Positions 9,590 through 19,668 are shown, numbered from the stretch's first letter. The stretch: DNA of 64,000 nt from an uncultured delta proteobacterium (GCA_963705165.1 CAVPJD010000031.1:34819-98818), one strand, 5' to 3'. Program-made: numbers and translations. The notes: a model not told the origin generated them from the sequence alone.

Positions 9590-11242
9590 ATGGCCCTTCA
9601 CGAGCTGGCCGGCAAGCCGGCCCCGAAATCCCTGCTCGTCGACATCCCCAGACTCATAGCAGCCTACTACACGAATCACCCCGACGTGAATCGCGACGCG
9701 GAAAAAGTCGCCTTCGGCACCTCGGGCCACAGGGGCTCGTCCTTCAGGAGCAGCTTCAACGAGGACCACATCCTGGCCACCACCCAGGCCATCTGCGACT
9801 ACCGTGCCTCGCAGAGGACCGACGGGCCCCTGTTCCTGGGGGTGGACACCCATGCCCTCTCGGAGCCAAGCTTCGCCACGGCCCTGGAAGTCCTCGCCGC
9901 AAACGGCGTTCACGCCATGATCCAGGCAGGCCGCGGATACACGCCCACACCGGTCATCTCCCACGCGATCCTGACCTGCAACCGTGGAAGAAAAACGGGC
10001 CTCGCCGACGGCATCGTCATCACCCCGTCCCACAACCCGCCCGAGGATGGCGGATTCAAGTACAACCCGCCCGAGGGCGGGCCCGCCGACGTGGAGGCAA
10101 CCCTCTGGATCGAGAACCGCGCCAACGATACCCTGCGCACAAAGCTCTCCGGTGTGAAGAGAACCCCGTTCGAAAAAGCCATCAGGGCCGCCACGACTCA
10201 CGAGCACGACTATATACGTCCCTACGTGGAAGACCTCGCACAGGTCCTGGACATGGAAGCGATCCGGGCCTCGGGCATTCGCATCGCCGTCGACCCCATG
10301 GGCGGGGCATCGCTTCCCTTCTGGGATCCCGTCGCCTCACGCTACGGCATCAATCTCGACGTGGTCAACCGTGACGTGGACCCCGCCTTCGGGTTCATGA
10401 CCGTCGACAAGGACGGGAAGATCCGGATGGATTGCTCGTCGCCTTACGCAATGGCCCGCCTCATCGGACTCAGGAACCGCTACGACATCGCCTTCGGTAC
10501 CGACCCCGACAGCGACCGCCACGGCATCGTGACGCGGAGCGCCGGGCTTATGAACCCCAATCACTACCTGGCTGTCGCCATCTGGTATCTCTTCCAGAAC
10601 CGCCCCGGCTGGCGGCGTGATGCGGCCGTGGGCAAGACACTCGTCTCGAGCAGCCTCATCGATCGCGTGGCCGCGCACCTGGGCAGGAAGCTCTCCGAGG
10701 TTCCCGTGGGGTTCAAGTGGTTCGTCGACGGCCTCCTCGACGGCTCCTGCGGCTTCGGCGGCGAGGAAAGCGCAGGGGCTTCCTTTCTACGGATGGACGG
10801 CACCGTTTGGACAACGGACAAGGACGGCCTCATCATGGGGCTGCTTGCCGCCGAGATCACCGCAAAGACGGGGCGCGACCCCGGGGAACATTACGCCGAG
10901 ATCGCGGCGCGATTCGGAAGCCCCCTGTACGAGAGGATGGACGTGGCGGCCTCGCCCGAGCAAAAGGCCGTGCTCGAAAAGCTCTCGCCCGAACAGGTGG
11001 GCGCTTCGGAGCTGGCCGGGGAGGCAATTACAGCAACTTTCACCGAGGCGCCCGGAAACGGCATGCCCGTCGGCGGGCTGAAAGTGGTAACCCGTGACGG
11101 CTGGTTCGCCGCCAGGCCCTCGGGAACGGAAAACATCTACAAGGTCTACACGGAAAGCTTCAAAGACAGCGCCCACCTCGCCCGGATCCAGAAGGAGGCG
11201 CAGGCGATCATCGCCGAGGTCTTCCGGAAGGCGGGAGTCTGA
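9590..11242 (+). CDS. pgm: Phosphoglucomutase, alpha-D-glucose phosphate-specific
   Basis: 550 aa. Active-site [23 protein letters not shown] 7 nt upstream. Confidence 0.92.
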   Translation: MALHELAGKPAPKSLLVDIPRLIAAYYTNHPDVNRDAEKVAFGTSGHRGSSFRSSFNEDHILATTQAICDYRASQRTDGPLFLGVDTHALSEPSFATALEVLAANGVHAMIQAGRGYTPTPVISHAILTCNRGRKTGLADGIVITPSHNPPEDGGFKYNPPEGGPADVEATLWIENRANDTLRTKLSGVKRTPFEKAIRAATTHEHDYIRPYVEDLAQVLDMEAIRASGIRIAVDPMGGASLPFWDPVASRYGINLDVVNRDVDPAFGFMTVDKDGKIRMDCSSPYAMARLIGLRNRYDIAFGTDPDSDRHGIVTRSAGLMNPNHYLAVAIWYLFQNRPGWRRDAAVGKTLVSSSLIDRVAAHLGRKLSEVPVGFKWFVDGLLDGSCGFGGEESAGASFLRMDGTVWTTDKDGLIMGLLAAEITAKTGRDPGEHYAEIAARFGSPLYERMDVAASPEQKAVLEKLSPEQVGASELAGEAITATFTEAPGNGMPVGGLKVVTRDGWFAARPSGTENIYKVYTESFKDSAHLARIQKEAQAIIAEVFRKAGV

Positions 11243-11247
11243 AAGTA

Positions 11248-11340
11248 AGGGTATCGGGTATCGGGAAGGAAACAGATTTTTTCTATAAAATTTCTTCGTA
11301 CCTTCAGCCCCTATACCCTATACCCGTGACCCTAGACCCG
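11248..11340. repeat. Heptad-periodic two-arm intergenic element H3
   Basis: Left arm: aagggt atcgggt atcggga agg. Right arm: ccttcag cccctata ccctata cccgtga ccctaga cccg. The arms are largely complementary. Confidence 0.85.
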
Positions 11341-11377
11341 AAAAAAAGAGGCCCCTGAATCAGGGGCCTCTTTTTTT
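11341..11377. terminator. Bidirectional intrinsic terminator
   Basis: A7-GAGGCCCCTG-aat-CAGGGGCCTC-T7, between convergent pgm and the OmpA-like gene. Confidence 0.85.
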
Positions 11378-11424
11378 CGAAAGCCTCGGCCATCGGCTCT
11401 TCGCCTCCGGCCTTCGGGCTCAGT

Positions 11425-12573
11425 TTACGGCTTCGTCACGAAGAACATGGCGTTTCGGTTCTTGGTCCAGCAGGCCTCGGTGGACTCTTTGCAGACCGGC
11501 TTCTCTTCGCCGTTGCTCATCGCCTTGATCCGCTTCGCCTCGACACCCGCTGCCTGCAGCGCCTTGGCGGCCGAGTCGGCTCTTCTCTGGCCCAGGGCCA
11601 TGTTGTACTCGTTGGTGCCGCGCTCGTCGGTGTTGCCTTCGATCAGGACGTTATTGGCCTTGTTTGCCTTGAGGTAATCGGCATTTTTCTTCACGGCGTC
11701 CTTGAACTCGGGCCTCACATTGTACTTATCAAAGTCGAAGTAGATCGTGTCGAGTTGAGCCATGACCCCCGGGGGAAGCACGGCGGCGGGAATGACAGCG
11801 GCTGCCACGGGAGGACCGAGGAAGATTTTTTCCACGAAGCTGGCCATGCCGGCGGCGGTCTCAACATCTTTGCCCTCCACCATGAACCCGCACTGGCCGG
11901 CCTTCACGACCGTGTCAAGCAGCGTCCTGCCTTCGCCCTTCGGCCAATCGAGGGTAATGCGGTCCGGGCCGATCAAAACGGCATAGATGCACACGTTGTC
12001 CTTCAGGGCGGCCTTCATCGCCGTAGCCGAGGCAACGGCCTTCGGCATCTCGAGACCGTCGGTGAAGATGATGACGGCCGACTTGCCCGCCAGGGGCTTC
12101 AGGTCCACCGTGGCGGCATCGAGGGCCAGGTCGAGGGGGCTCTCCACGCCGTAGGTGTTGATCTCGAAGATGGACTTGCCGAGATCTTCTCTCACCCAGG
12201 GGGCCATCCCGTACCAGAGCTTCGTCATGAAGGGCCGCGTCAGCCAGCGCTCGCCAGCGAAATCACGCAGGCCGCCGGTGAGTTTCATGTTGGGGATCGT
12301 ATCGTTGAACAGCCTCGCCAGATGCTGCTGGTACTCGATCTTCGTGGTATTCATCGGGGTGGGATAACCGGCATGGGACCACTTGTAGGGCTCCTCCATG
12401 GACGCCGAGGTGTCCAGGATCATCTGGAAGTTGTTCGTCTTCTGGACCAGCGCGCCGGATTTCAGTTTCGGGTTGAGGTCCTGTGCGGGGATCGGTGTGA
12501 TCACCGATGCGCAGCCGCCCAGCAGGGCCAAGCTCAGTACGACAACCAGCAACTTGATCATATTTCTGACCAT
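11425..12573 (-). CDS. OmpA-family lipoprotein with VWA-like N-terminal domain
   Basis: Lipobox LLGGCAS. VWA-like SAVIIFTDG. C-terminal OmpA/Pal motif NTDERGTNEYNMALGQRRADSA. GGAGG RBS. Confidence 0.8.
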   Translation of the reverse strand: MVRNMIKLLVVVLSLALLGGCASVITPIPAQDLNPKLKSGALVQKTNNFQMILDTSASMEEPYKWSHAGYPTPMNTTKIEYQQHLARLFNDTIPNMKLTGGLRDFAGERWLTRPFMTKLWYGMAPWVREDLGKSIFEINTYGVESPLDLALDAATVDLKPLAGKSAVIIFTDGLEMPKAVASATAMKAALKDNVCIYAVLIGPDRITLDWPKGEGRTLLDTVVKAGQCGFMVEGKDVETAAGMASFVEKIFLGPPVAAAVIPAAVLPPGVMAQLDTIYFDFDKYNVRPEFKDAVKKNADYLKANKANNVLIEGNTDERGTNEYNMALGQRRADSAAKALQAAGVEAKRIKAMSNGEEKPVCKESTEACWTKNRNAMFFVTKP

Positions 12574-12955
12574 ACGTAACCCTCCTTGTGGATGAATTGA
12601 TTCCTTTTGTTTGACATGGTTCAGACGGATTCGTCGAGCCGGATGACGCGATGACAGCTACGATTCACAAGATTCATGATGAGTTGTAAAACTGCATCGG
12701 TCTATGTACTCGACCAGCGGAAATGAAATACAGGAATTATGAAACATCCCTTGGAGAGTGTTTCCCCCGCTCTCCCCCCTTGAATTGCTTGTGAATATAT
12801 AAAAATTCTGCGGGAAATTCAATCATTAAAATGCCCGTGGGGCAAAAAAAGTGTGACGTCGCCGTGAACGTCTATTTTGTGGATATTCTTCGCCCTTTCT
12901 GCAAAAATAGCCATTGAGGTTATTCATCGAATCACAGGGAAGGAGGATGAACGGC

Positions 12956-13531
12956 ATGAAAGTGATCGCATTCAACGGCAGCGCCCGCAAGGACGGCAAC
13001 ACGGCCATCCTGCTCAACACGGTCCTCGAGGAGATCAAAAAAGAAGGCATCGAGACCGAGCTCTACCAGCTTGCGGGAAAAAAGATCCAGGGCTGCATTG
13101 CCTGCTACAAGTGCATGAAGAACAAAGACAAGCGCTGCGCTGTGACGAAGGACATCGTGAACGAATGTATTGAAAAAATGATCGAGGCCGACGGGATCCT
13201 CCTCGGCTCGCCCACCTACTTTGCCGATGTGTCGGCGGGAACGAGGGCCCTCATCGAGCGTACCGGCTACGTGGCCCGGGCCAACGATTACATGTTCAAG
13301 CGCAAGGTGGGCGCAGGCGTCATCGCCGTGAGGCGGGGCGGGGCGATTCACGCATTCAATTCGCTCAACCTCTTCCTGTTCTACCAGCAGATCATCAACC
13401 CGGGTTCCAGCTACTGGGCCTTCGCCATCGGGCGCGACCCCGGTGAGGTGCTCAACGACGCCGAGGGCATGCAGACCATGAAGACCCTGGGGGAAAACCT
13501 GGCCTGGCTGCTGAAAAAGGTTCGCAGCTGA
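12956..13531 (+). CDS. Iron-sulfur flavoprotein / NAD(P)H-dependent FMN reductase family
   Basis: MKVIAFNGSARKDGNT flavodoxin-like N-terminus. Compact CxxCxxCx7C motif (GCIACYKCMKNKDKRC). AAGGAGG sits 9 nt before ATG 12956. Confidence 0.8.
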   Translation: MKVIAFNGSARKDGNTAILLNTVLEEIKKEGIETELYQLAGKKIQGCIACYKCMKNKDKRCAVTKDIVNECIEKMIEADGILLGSPTYFADVSAGTRALIERTGYVARANDYMFKRKVGAGVIAVRRGGAIHAFNSLNLFLFYQQIINPGSSYWAFAIGRDPGEVLNDAEGMQTMKTLGENLAWLLKKVRS

Positions 13532-13627
13532 GAGCAATCGCGCAGATGAAAAAATTCTAAACACGGCATTGAAATCGGCGCCCGGGGTGTCTATAGTTAT
13601 TTCATATCAAATAAAGGACACCAAGCC

Positions 13628-13786
13628 ATGTGGACGAAAAAGATTCTTTCACAGCTGCTCATATCGCTGACCCTGCTTACGCTGATCACCGCCTGCGCGA
13701 CGACAGGGGATAAGAACCCGCTGCGGTACGAGCCCGAGAACCTGCCTGCCGACCACAGGCCCCCGCCCACGTCGGGTGGTCCGTAG
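13628..13786 (+). CDS. Possible small lipoprotein (52 aa, below ORF-track cutoff)
   Basis: MWTKKILSQLLISLTLLTLITACATTGDKNPL...: signal peptide plus lipobox LITAC. Weak RBS. Confidence 0.4.
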   Translation: MWTKKILSQLLISLTLLTLITACATTGDKNPLRYEPENLPADHRPPPTSGGP

Positions 13787-13915
13787 ACAGAACAGAGCGG
13801 CAGCGACAGGTCATGGCACATTCCAATCCATCCCACGGATGGGCAAAGGGAAAGTTCTAAATAGTCATCTATTCCTGATGAGTTGCAACTCATTGGTTGC
13901 ACAAGTGTTTCCGTG

Positions 13916-13944
13916 TTGACAACGGCGAAGGCTTCTCATATAAC
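13916..13944 (+). promoter_or_regulatory. Candidate sigma70 promoter of the PAS gene
   Basis: TTGACA (13916-13921), 17-nt spacer, TATAAC (13939-13944). Confidence 0.45.
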
Positions 13945-13980
13945 GCACAACGAGCGTGAGAGCCTTCGCTGTTTTTTTTT
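13925..13980 (+). terminator. Strong intrinsic terminator overlapping that promoter
   Basis: 13-bp stem GCGAAGGCTTCTCA / TGAGAGCCTTCGC (one bulge) followed by a T9 run. Confidence 0.75.
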
Positions 13981-14006
13981 GCAGCGAAACCCGATGGAGG
14001 TCCGTC

Positions 14007-14908
14007 ATGACGGAAGCGGGAAGCAGCGGCCAGTTCAAGGCCGTCCAGGAACTGATGCACGAGATGGTCGCAATGTGGCAGCGGGTGAAGGACCTGGAGG
14101 AAGCCGACCGGGACAATCGACAGGAAATCGAAGCGCTCCGGGCAAGCGATGCCCGCCTCCGGTGCGTCGTCGAGAAGCTTCCGCTGCGTTTCTTCTTCAA
14201 GGATGCGGGCTGAATTACATCCTGTGCAGTGAGTCCTATGCCCGTGACTGGGAGATGAAGCCGGTCGAGTTGGGCGGAAAGTCGGACCGGGATCTGTTTT
14301 CAGCGGAAGTGGTGGAAAAACTGGCCGCTGTCGAGTACGAGGTGATCCAGACCGGCAAGATGGAGATTGCCGAAGAAGACCGCCTCGTCGCCGGCCGCGA
14401 AATCACGGTCCTGGCGATTCGCAAGCCCATCATCAACGGCACGGGAGACACGCTCGGTCTTCTCTGCGTGCTGTGGGACATCACGGAGGACAAGCGGCTC
14501 AAGGTCAGCCAGCAGCGCCGGATCCACGAGCTGGAGGGGGCCCTCTCGGAGAGGGTCGGGCAGGTGGAGTCCCTGCGAAATGAAATGGAAGCCGCATCGG
14601 TCCGACACCGGCTGAAGGAGGAGGAGTTCAGCCGTTTGCGCTCCGAGCTCGAGGCAGGGATCACGGCCCTGAAGGAAGAAATCCGGGGCACGACGGCGGA
14701 CTTCGGCCGGCGAGAGGCCGAGTTCACGCGGCTGCGCATCGAACTGGAAACCGATCTCCAGGCTCGGCGCGAGGAGATCCACCGCCTGAGAAACGAGTTG
14801 CAGAAAGAGATATTCGAGCGTGGCCAGGCCCTGGAGGCCCTGAAGAAATCCGTCGCCCACTCCCAGGAACTGCTCGAGTCCGTGCAGAAGGTCGCCGTCG
14901 CCCGCTAA
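14007..14908 (+). pseudogene. PAS-domain / coiled-coil protein interrupted by a 1-nt frameshift near 14205-14215
   Basis: Frame 3 reads MTEAGSS...VVEKLPLRFFFKDAG and stops. Frame 2 continues LNYILCSESYARDWEMKPVELGGKSDRDLF...DITEDKRLK. One PAS domain is split across two frames. GGAGG RBS before ATG 14007. Confidence 0.7.
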
Positions 14909-14935
14909 GAAGGCTGATGAGATCATCAGGAAATC

Positions 14936-14967
14936 AAAAGGCGGGGCCCGGGGGTCCCGCCTTTTTT
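14936..14967 (+). terminator. Intrinsic terminator after the PAS gene
   Basis: aaaaGGCGGGGcccgggggtCCCGCCtttttt. Confidence 0.8.
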
Positions 14968-15056
14968 CATGGTGCCACGGCAGCTCTGTGCTATAGAAAA
15001 GCGTAAAGAGAATCTCCGAACCCCGTCTCCAAAGGGCCTGAAAGGATGGTGAGATC

Positions 15057-16433
15057 ATGAAAACGGCGAAGCTGCTTTCGACGGCGTTGTTGCCGATTGC
15101 CCTGATGCTTGCGTCCTGCGTCATCGTGCCGACGAACAGTCACGTCAACCTCTCCGACGCGGATTCAAGGCTTCCGGCACCCAGCCCGTCTTCGGCCGCC
15201 TACATCGCTTCCGTCGATGTCGTCCACGACGTGGACTGGAGGTGCCGCAACCAGTGGAGCGGCAGCCCCCCGGAGCGCTCCATCGATCAATGCCGCGCAA
15301 TTCCGTCCCGGCGCGACCCCAACTTCATCGCCCTGGCTCTTTCGGGCGGGGGGAGCCGCGCCGCCGTCTTCTCTGCCGCCGTCATGTTCGAGCTTCAGAA
15401 GCACGGCATCCTCCAGCAGGTCGACGTCTTATCCTCCGCCTCGGGCGGCTCCGTTTCCGCCGCCCTTTACGCGGTGAGCTGCGACGACGGGCAGGCCTGC
15501 GCGCCCCCCGTCACGCCGAACCTCAACCGGACGGTCTGGAAGGAAAGCCTCGTCTACCCGCTGCTGCAAAGCAACTACATCGACCGGTGGCGCATCAACT
15601 GCTGGCGGCCCGAAAACATAATCCGCTACGCCACCTACTTCGACCGCACCGACGTGATGGCCGAGACCTTCGCCGAGGGCCTCTTCGGCGGGACACGGGA
15701 TACAGAAAAAAGTTTTCTCTTCCGGGATCTCAACCCGAGAAGGCCCTATCTGATCCTCAACTCGACCAACAATACCGACAGCGCCGCTGTGCCGGAGATC
15801 TTCAGCTTCACCGAAAAGGATTTTTCGGCCATCCGCTCCAGGCTGGACCTCTACCCCATCGCTTACGGCGTAACGGGCTCGGCGGCCTTCCCGGGCGCCT
15901 TCCACTACCTGACGCTGCGTAATTACAGCAAGCCGGAAGAGAAATTCATCCACCTCATGGACGGCGGCGTCATGGACAACCTCGGCATCGAATCGCTGTG
16001 GAGGATCCTCCTGAGCGACGACGGCGCCCGTTACCGTAACGTCCCGGTCCTCGTCATCGTCGCCGACGCGAGACCGGCCACCAAGGCGAAGAGCGAGGCC
16101 GACTACGACCCGAGAAGCTTCTGGGATTATTTCGTCGATTTCTCCAACGTCCAGGACACCTACAGCCTGCTGATGGTGGAGAACCAGCGACTGAGGGCCC
16201 GTGAATTCGAGAAATACGTGAAAAGCAGGGGAAACGGGATGTTCCTCGACCTCAAGTTCGACGCGCTCAAGGAGCAGCACAGGGACCTCTACGACAAGGT
16301 GAGCTCCATCCCGACGAACTTCAAGATCCGCGGCGAGCAGGCGGACAATCTCAAGAAGGCGGCGGAAATCCTCGTCGGCAAGGCCGTCGAGGAGCTTCGC
16401 GGCAACGCCTACTGGAGGGGCATCGTCAACTGA
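15057..16433 (+). CDS. Patatin-like phospholipase (lipoprotein)
   Basis: Oxyanion GGGSRAA, nucleophile elbow ASGGS, catalytic DGG (MDGGVMDNLG). N-terminal lipobox LASC. Confidence 0.88.
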   Translation: MKTAKLLSTALLPIALMLASCVIVPTNSHVNLSDADSRLPAPSPSSAAYIASVDVVHDVDWRCRNQWSGSPPERSIDQCRAIPSRRDPNFIALALSGGGSRAAVFSAAVMFELQKHGILQQVDVLSSASGGSVSAALYAVSCDDGQACAPPVTPNLNRTVWKESLVYPLLQSNYIDRWRINCWRPENIIRYATYFDRTDVMAETFAEGLFGGTRDTEKSFLFRDLNPRRPYLILNSTNNTDSAAVPEIFSFTEKDFSAIRSRLDLYPIAYGVTGSAAFPGAFHYLTLRNYSKPEEKFIHLMDGGVMDNLGIESLWRILLSDDGARYRNVPVLVIVADARPATKAKSEADYDPRSFWDYFVDFSNVQDTYSLLMVENQRLRAREFEKYVKSRGNGMFLDLKFDALKEQHRDLYDKVSSIPTNFKIRGEQADNLKKAAEILVGKAVEELRGNAYWRGIVN

Positions 16434-16434
16434 A

Positions 16435-17310
16435 ATGACGTGGTTTCTGCTCTCCCTCACGGCCGCCCTGGGCCTGGCCACGGCGGATGCCCTGACGAAG
16501 CGCTTCTTCAGCGATCTGGCGCCCTACCGCATGGGGGTTGTGCGCATCCTGTCTACGGCCCCCTGGATGGTCCTGGCGCTTCTCTTCCTGCCCCGGGCCG
16601 TTCCGGATCAGACCTTCTGGCTTGCCATCGCCGCGGCGCTCCCCCTTGAGGTTTTCGCCTTTTTTCTCTACATGCGGGCCCTCAAGCTCTCGCCGCTTTC
16701 GCTCTCCCTGCCCTTTCTGGCCTTCACGCCCGTCTTCATGATCCTCACGGGCCGTCTCATCCTGGGCGAGGCGATCACGACGAGCGGCGTCCTGGGAATC
16801 CTCCTGATCGTCCTCGGGGCATACGTCCTCAATCTCTCGAAGATGAAGTCCGGGCTGCTGGGGCCCATCCGGGCTGTATTGCGCGAGCCGGGCTCCTGGA
16901 TCATGCTTCTCGTGTCGTTTATCTACTCGATCACGGCGCCCATCGGGAAGGTGGCCATCCTGCATTCCAACCCGTGGTTCTTCGCCGCCGTCTACAACCT
17001 GGTGCTCTCCGTGGTCATCGTCTCGCTCTGGCCCGTGGCTGCAGGCGGTGCGGGGGTGCGCGGCACTTTCAGCAAGCCCGGCCCCATGCTGCTCATAGGC
17101 CTCATGGCCGCCATGGAGAATTTTGCCCACATGATGGCCATCGCGCAGGTCGAGGCAGCCTACATGATCGCCGTCAAGCGCCTGAGCCTTCTGTTCGGGG
17201 TTCTCTACGGGGCGTGGTGGTTCGGGGAAGAAAACATCCGCGAGCGTCTGGCAGGCGCCGCGATCATGATCGCGGGCGTGTTCCTGATCCGCTGGGCACA
17301 GGGGGGGTGA
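16435..17310 (+). CDS. EamA/DMT-family transporter
   Basis: 291 aa with about 10 hydrophobic helices in a duplicated EamA-like pattern. Start abuts the patatin stop. Confidence 0.82.
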   Translation: MTWFLLSLTAALGLATADALTKRFFSDLAPYRMGVVRILSTAPWMVLALLFLPRAVPDQTFWLAIAAALPLEVFAFFLYMRALKLSPLSLSLPFLAFTPVFMILTGRLILGEAITTSGVLGILLIVLGAYVLNLSKMKSGLLGPIRAVLREPGSWIMLLVSFIYSITAPIGKVAILHSNPWFFAAVYNLVLSVVIVSLWPVAAGGAGVRGTFSKPGPMLLIGLMAAMENFAHMMAIAQVEAAYMIAVKRLSLLFGVLYGAWWFGEENIRERLAGAAIMIAGVFLIRWAQGG

Positions 17311-17317
17311 GCAAAAG

Positions 17318-17360
17318 GCCCGAGGAGCGAGGTTCGAGGTCTATTTCTGTCCTCGTTTCC
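17318..17360. repeat. Heptad-periodic element H4 (short right arm)
   Basis: Left arm: cccgagg agcgagg ttcgagg tc. After an 8-nt spacer comes a single gtcctcg unit. Confidence 0.55.
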
Positions 17361-17541
17361 AAAACCTTATTTTGAGCCGCCAGGCAAGCAAATCCATATT
17401 CACCAGGGCTTTGTAAAGGCATTACGTCTTAGATGTGATTTCACCTACCTATACGTAACAAAACACTGATTGACAGCTGATTGGCGCAGGGCCCATCATC
17501 TGCCTGTTTTTCTTGTGGATTCACAGAAAAAGGAGGCAGAG

Positions 17542-18672
17542 ATGCACGTTTCTGAGTTCAGCCTCAATCAGGCTTCGCTTTTGTCCGATGGGTTCTTTTC
17601 TGTCGATCCAATCGAGAACAGCCCACCTCGGATCGTCCCTTCTTATCCAAGTCACCATACCGAATCGAGCAGCGTCCTGAAGACGCTTCAGCGGATTCTG
17701 AACCGGCTCGGCAGGATGGGTCTGCCCGGAGCCGATCAGTTCGAAGCATTTCTCCGCCATGTCACCCGCCGGAACCGCAGGCCCCGTACGCTCTGCAGCC
17801 TGTGGCAATCCAACATGCTGTTTCTGTGCATGCTCAAGGATGCGGGCCGGCACGAGTTGGCTGGCATCAGCCGCGCTGACGTGGAGGCGTTCGTCGAGCG
17901 GGAACAGGACCGGGGGATCAAGATCACGACGATCCGGACGCGGCTCGTCTGTGTGTGCGCGTTCCTGCGGTACCTGGCCGAGGAGAAGGTCGTCTCCCCG
18001 GAGATCTTCGTGCGAAGGATCCAGCTGAAGCTGCCCGAGCGGCTGCCGCGGGCGATGGCGCCCGAGGATACGGCCAAGCTGCTTTCAGTCATTGATAATC
18101 CCGAGGACCGGACGATGATCCTGGTCCTGCTTCGGACGGGCCTGCGGATTGGCGAGCTTCTGCACACCAGGGTGACAGACGTCAACGTCCGGGAGCGCCG
18201 CATCGAGATCTACGAGGCGGAGAAGAACCGGCTGGGCCGTGTGGTGTACCTGAGCGAGGATGCGCTTTCGGCGTTGGGGATCTGGATGAGCAAACGAAAC
18301 GTCTTGAAGGAGTACCTGTTCTATGGACGTAGTGAGGATGGCCGGATGAGCTACAGCACGGCCCGGGCCCGGTTTGCCGGCTATCTCGGGAAGGCGGGGC
18401 TTGCAGATCGGGGCTATACGGTCCACACGCTTCGACACACCTTTGCGACGGAGCTTCTCAATGCCGGGATGCGCCTGGAGTGCCTGCAGGTGCTCCTGGG
18501 TCATCGAAGCATCGAGGAGACGCGGCGATATGCCTGCCTTACGGATAAGACACGGGAGGAAGAGTACTTCAGGGCCATGTCTGTAATCGAGAGGGGAAAC
18601 GACGATGACGGATGCGATCATCCACTGGCGGCGCTATCTGAAGAGGCGCAACTGCTCGCCCAACACGGTTAA
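17542..18672 (+). CDS. Tyrosine recombinase/integrase (XerC/D-like) 1
   Basis: C-terminal catalytic motifs HTLRHTFATELLNAGMRLECLQVLLGHRSIEETRRY. AGGAGG RBS before ATG 17542. Confidence 0.88.
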   Translation: MHVSEFSLNQASLLSDGFFSVDPIENSPPRIVPSYPSHHTESSSVLKTLQRILNRLGRMGLPGADQFEAFLRHVTRRNRRPRTLCSLWQSNMLFLCMLKDAGRHELAGISRADVEAFVEREQDRGIKITTIRTRLVCVCAFLRYLAEEKVVSPEIFVRRIQLKLPERLPRAMAPEDTAKLLSVIDNPEDRTMILVLLRTGLRIGELLHTRVTDVNVRERRIEIYEAEKNRLGRVVYLSEDALSALGIWMSKRNVLKEYLFYGRSEDGRMSYSTARARFAGYLGKAGLADRGYTVHTLRHTFATELLNAGMRLECLQVLLGHRSIEETRRYACLTDKTREEEYFRAMSVIERGNDDDGCDHPLAALSEEAQLLAQHG

Positions 18673-19483
18673 GAACTACCTGTGCGCGATCAGAAGCTTT
18701 GTGCTGTGGCTCGATGTGCCGATCGAGCACGTCACGCACTCCAAGGTCTCGCACTACATCGACGAGCTGATGAGGCGGCGCCTGAAGCCCAAGAGCATCA
18801 ACTGCCAGCTCAACGTCATCCGGCAGTTCTATCACTTTCTGCGGGACGAGGGCGTCCTGGACATCGCAAACCCGGTGAAAAACACGCATGCCCTGAAGAT
18901 GTCGCGGCCGCTGCCCCGGCACCTGAAGGACGAGCAGGTCGAGAGCTTCTTCCAGATCATCACTCGACCGCGCGACCGGGCCATGTTCATGCTGATGGTT
19001 CGCTGCGGGCTGCGGGTCGAGGAGGTCGCCCAGTTGACGCTCGGGGCTGTGGACTACAAACACCGGAAGCTTCTGATCGAGGACGGCAAAGGCGGAAAGG
19101 ACCGCATCGTGTATTTGAGTCAGGATGCCTGCCAGGCGCTTGTGGCCTATCTTCGGGTGCGGCCCTCATCGCGAACTCGTCGGATCTTTCTCGTGGAGAA
19201 GGGCCCTTGCACGGGCCAGCCGATCTCGATTCGCGGCATTCAGAAGCGCATGGAGCACTATGGCCGCAAGACGAAGCTTCGCGTCTCCTGTCATCAGCTG
19301 CGCCACACAATGGCCACGCAGCTGCTCAATGCCGATGCCGACCTGTGCACGATCCAGGACCTCCTCGGGCACAGCAACGTCAAAACCACGCAACGCTACT
19401 GCAGGGTGTCAAACCTGAAAGTGCAGCGGGATTACTTCAAGGCCATGGAGGCGATCATGAGACAAAACATAGACAGCACTTGA
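18605..19483 (+). CDS. Tyrosine recombinase/integrase (XerC/D-like) 2
   Basis: SAM-like N-domain. Catalytic HQLRHTMATQLL...LLGHSNVKTTQRY. Overlaps recombinase 1 by 68 nt. Confidence 0.9.
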   Translation: MTDAIIHWRRYLKRRNCSPNTVKNYLCAIRSFVLWLDVPIEHVTHSKVSHYIDELMRRRLKPKSINCQLNVIRQFYHFLRDEGVLDIANPVKNTHALKMSRPLPRHLKDEQVESFFQIITRPRDRAMFMLMVRCGLRVEEVAQLTLGAVDYKHRKLLIEDGKGGKDRIVYLSQDACQALVAYLRVRPSSRTRRIFLVEKGPCTGQPISIRGIQKRMEHYGRKTKLRVSCHQLRHTMATQLLNADADLCTIQDLLGHSNVKTTQRYCRVSNLKVQRDYFKAMEAIMRQNIDST

Positions 19484-19628
19484 TGAACAGGAAAAAGGAT
19501 GAGATGGTAAACAGGACTTAACAAACCAGAATCCGTGAGAAAAACAGACTTTGTTACGTATAGCACCTACAAGTATTCGCTTCCGGATCACGGCCGTTAC
19601 GAGTGATTACCGAGAGAAATAGACAAAA

Positions 19629-19657
19629 AAGGCATGGCCATTTCTGACCCTGCCTTT
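19629..19657 (-). terminator. Terminator hairpin of the substrate-binding protein gene
   Basis: aaggcatggccatttctgaccctgccttt, followed on the minus strand by T6. 28/30 identical to the hairpin at 41595-41624. Confidence 0.6.
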
Positions 19658-19668
19658 CAGTCGCTTTT

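Larger units (their letters stand above)
17449..19563 (+). mobile_element. Compact 2115-bp element encoding two tyrosine recombinases, with 14-bp terminal inverted repeats and 7-bp flanking direct repeats
   Basis: IR-L CTATACGTAACAAA (17449-17462) is the exact reverse complement of IR-R TTTGTTACGTATAG (19550-19563). CACCTAC lies immediately outside both ends (17442-17448 and 19564-19570). Confidence 0.7.

Noticed and set aside
13597-13902. 101-aa minus-strand ORF
   Set aside because: No RBS. It overlaps a + strand small lipoprotein ORF with a clear signal peptide and lipobox, and runs into the promoter/terminator region.
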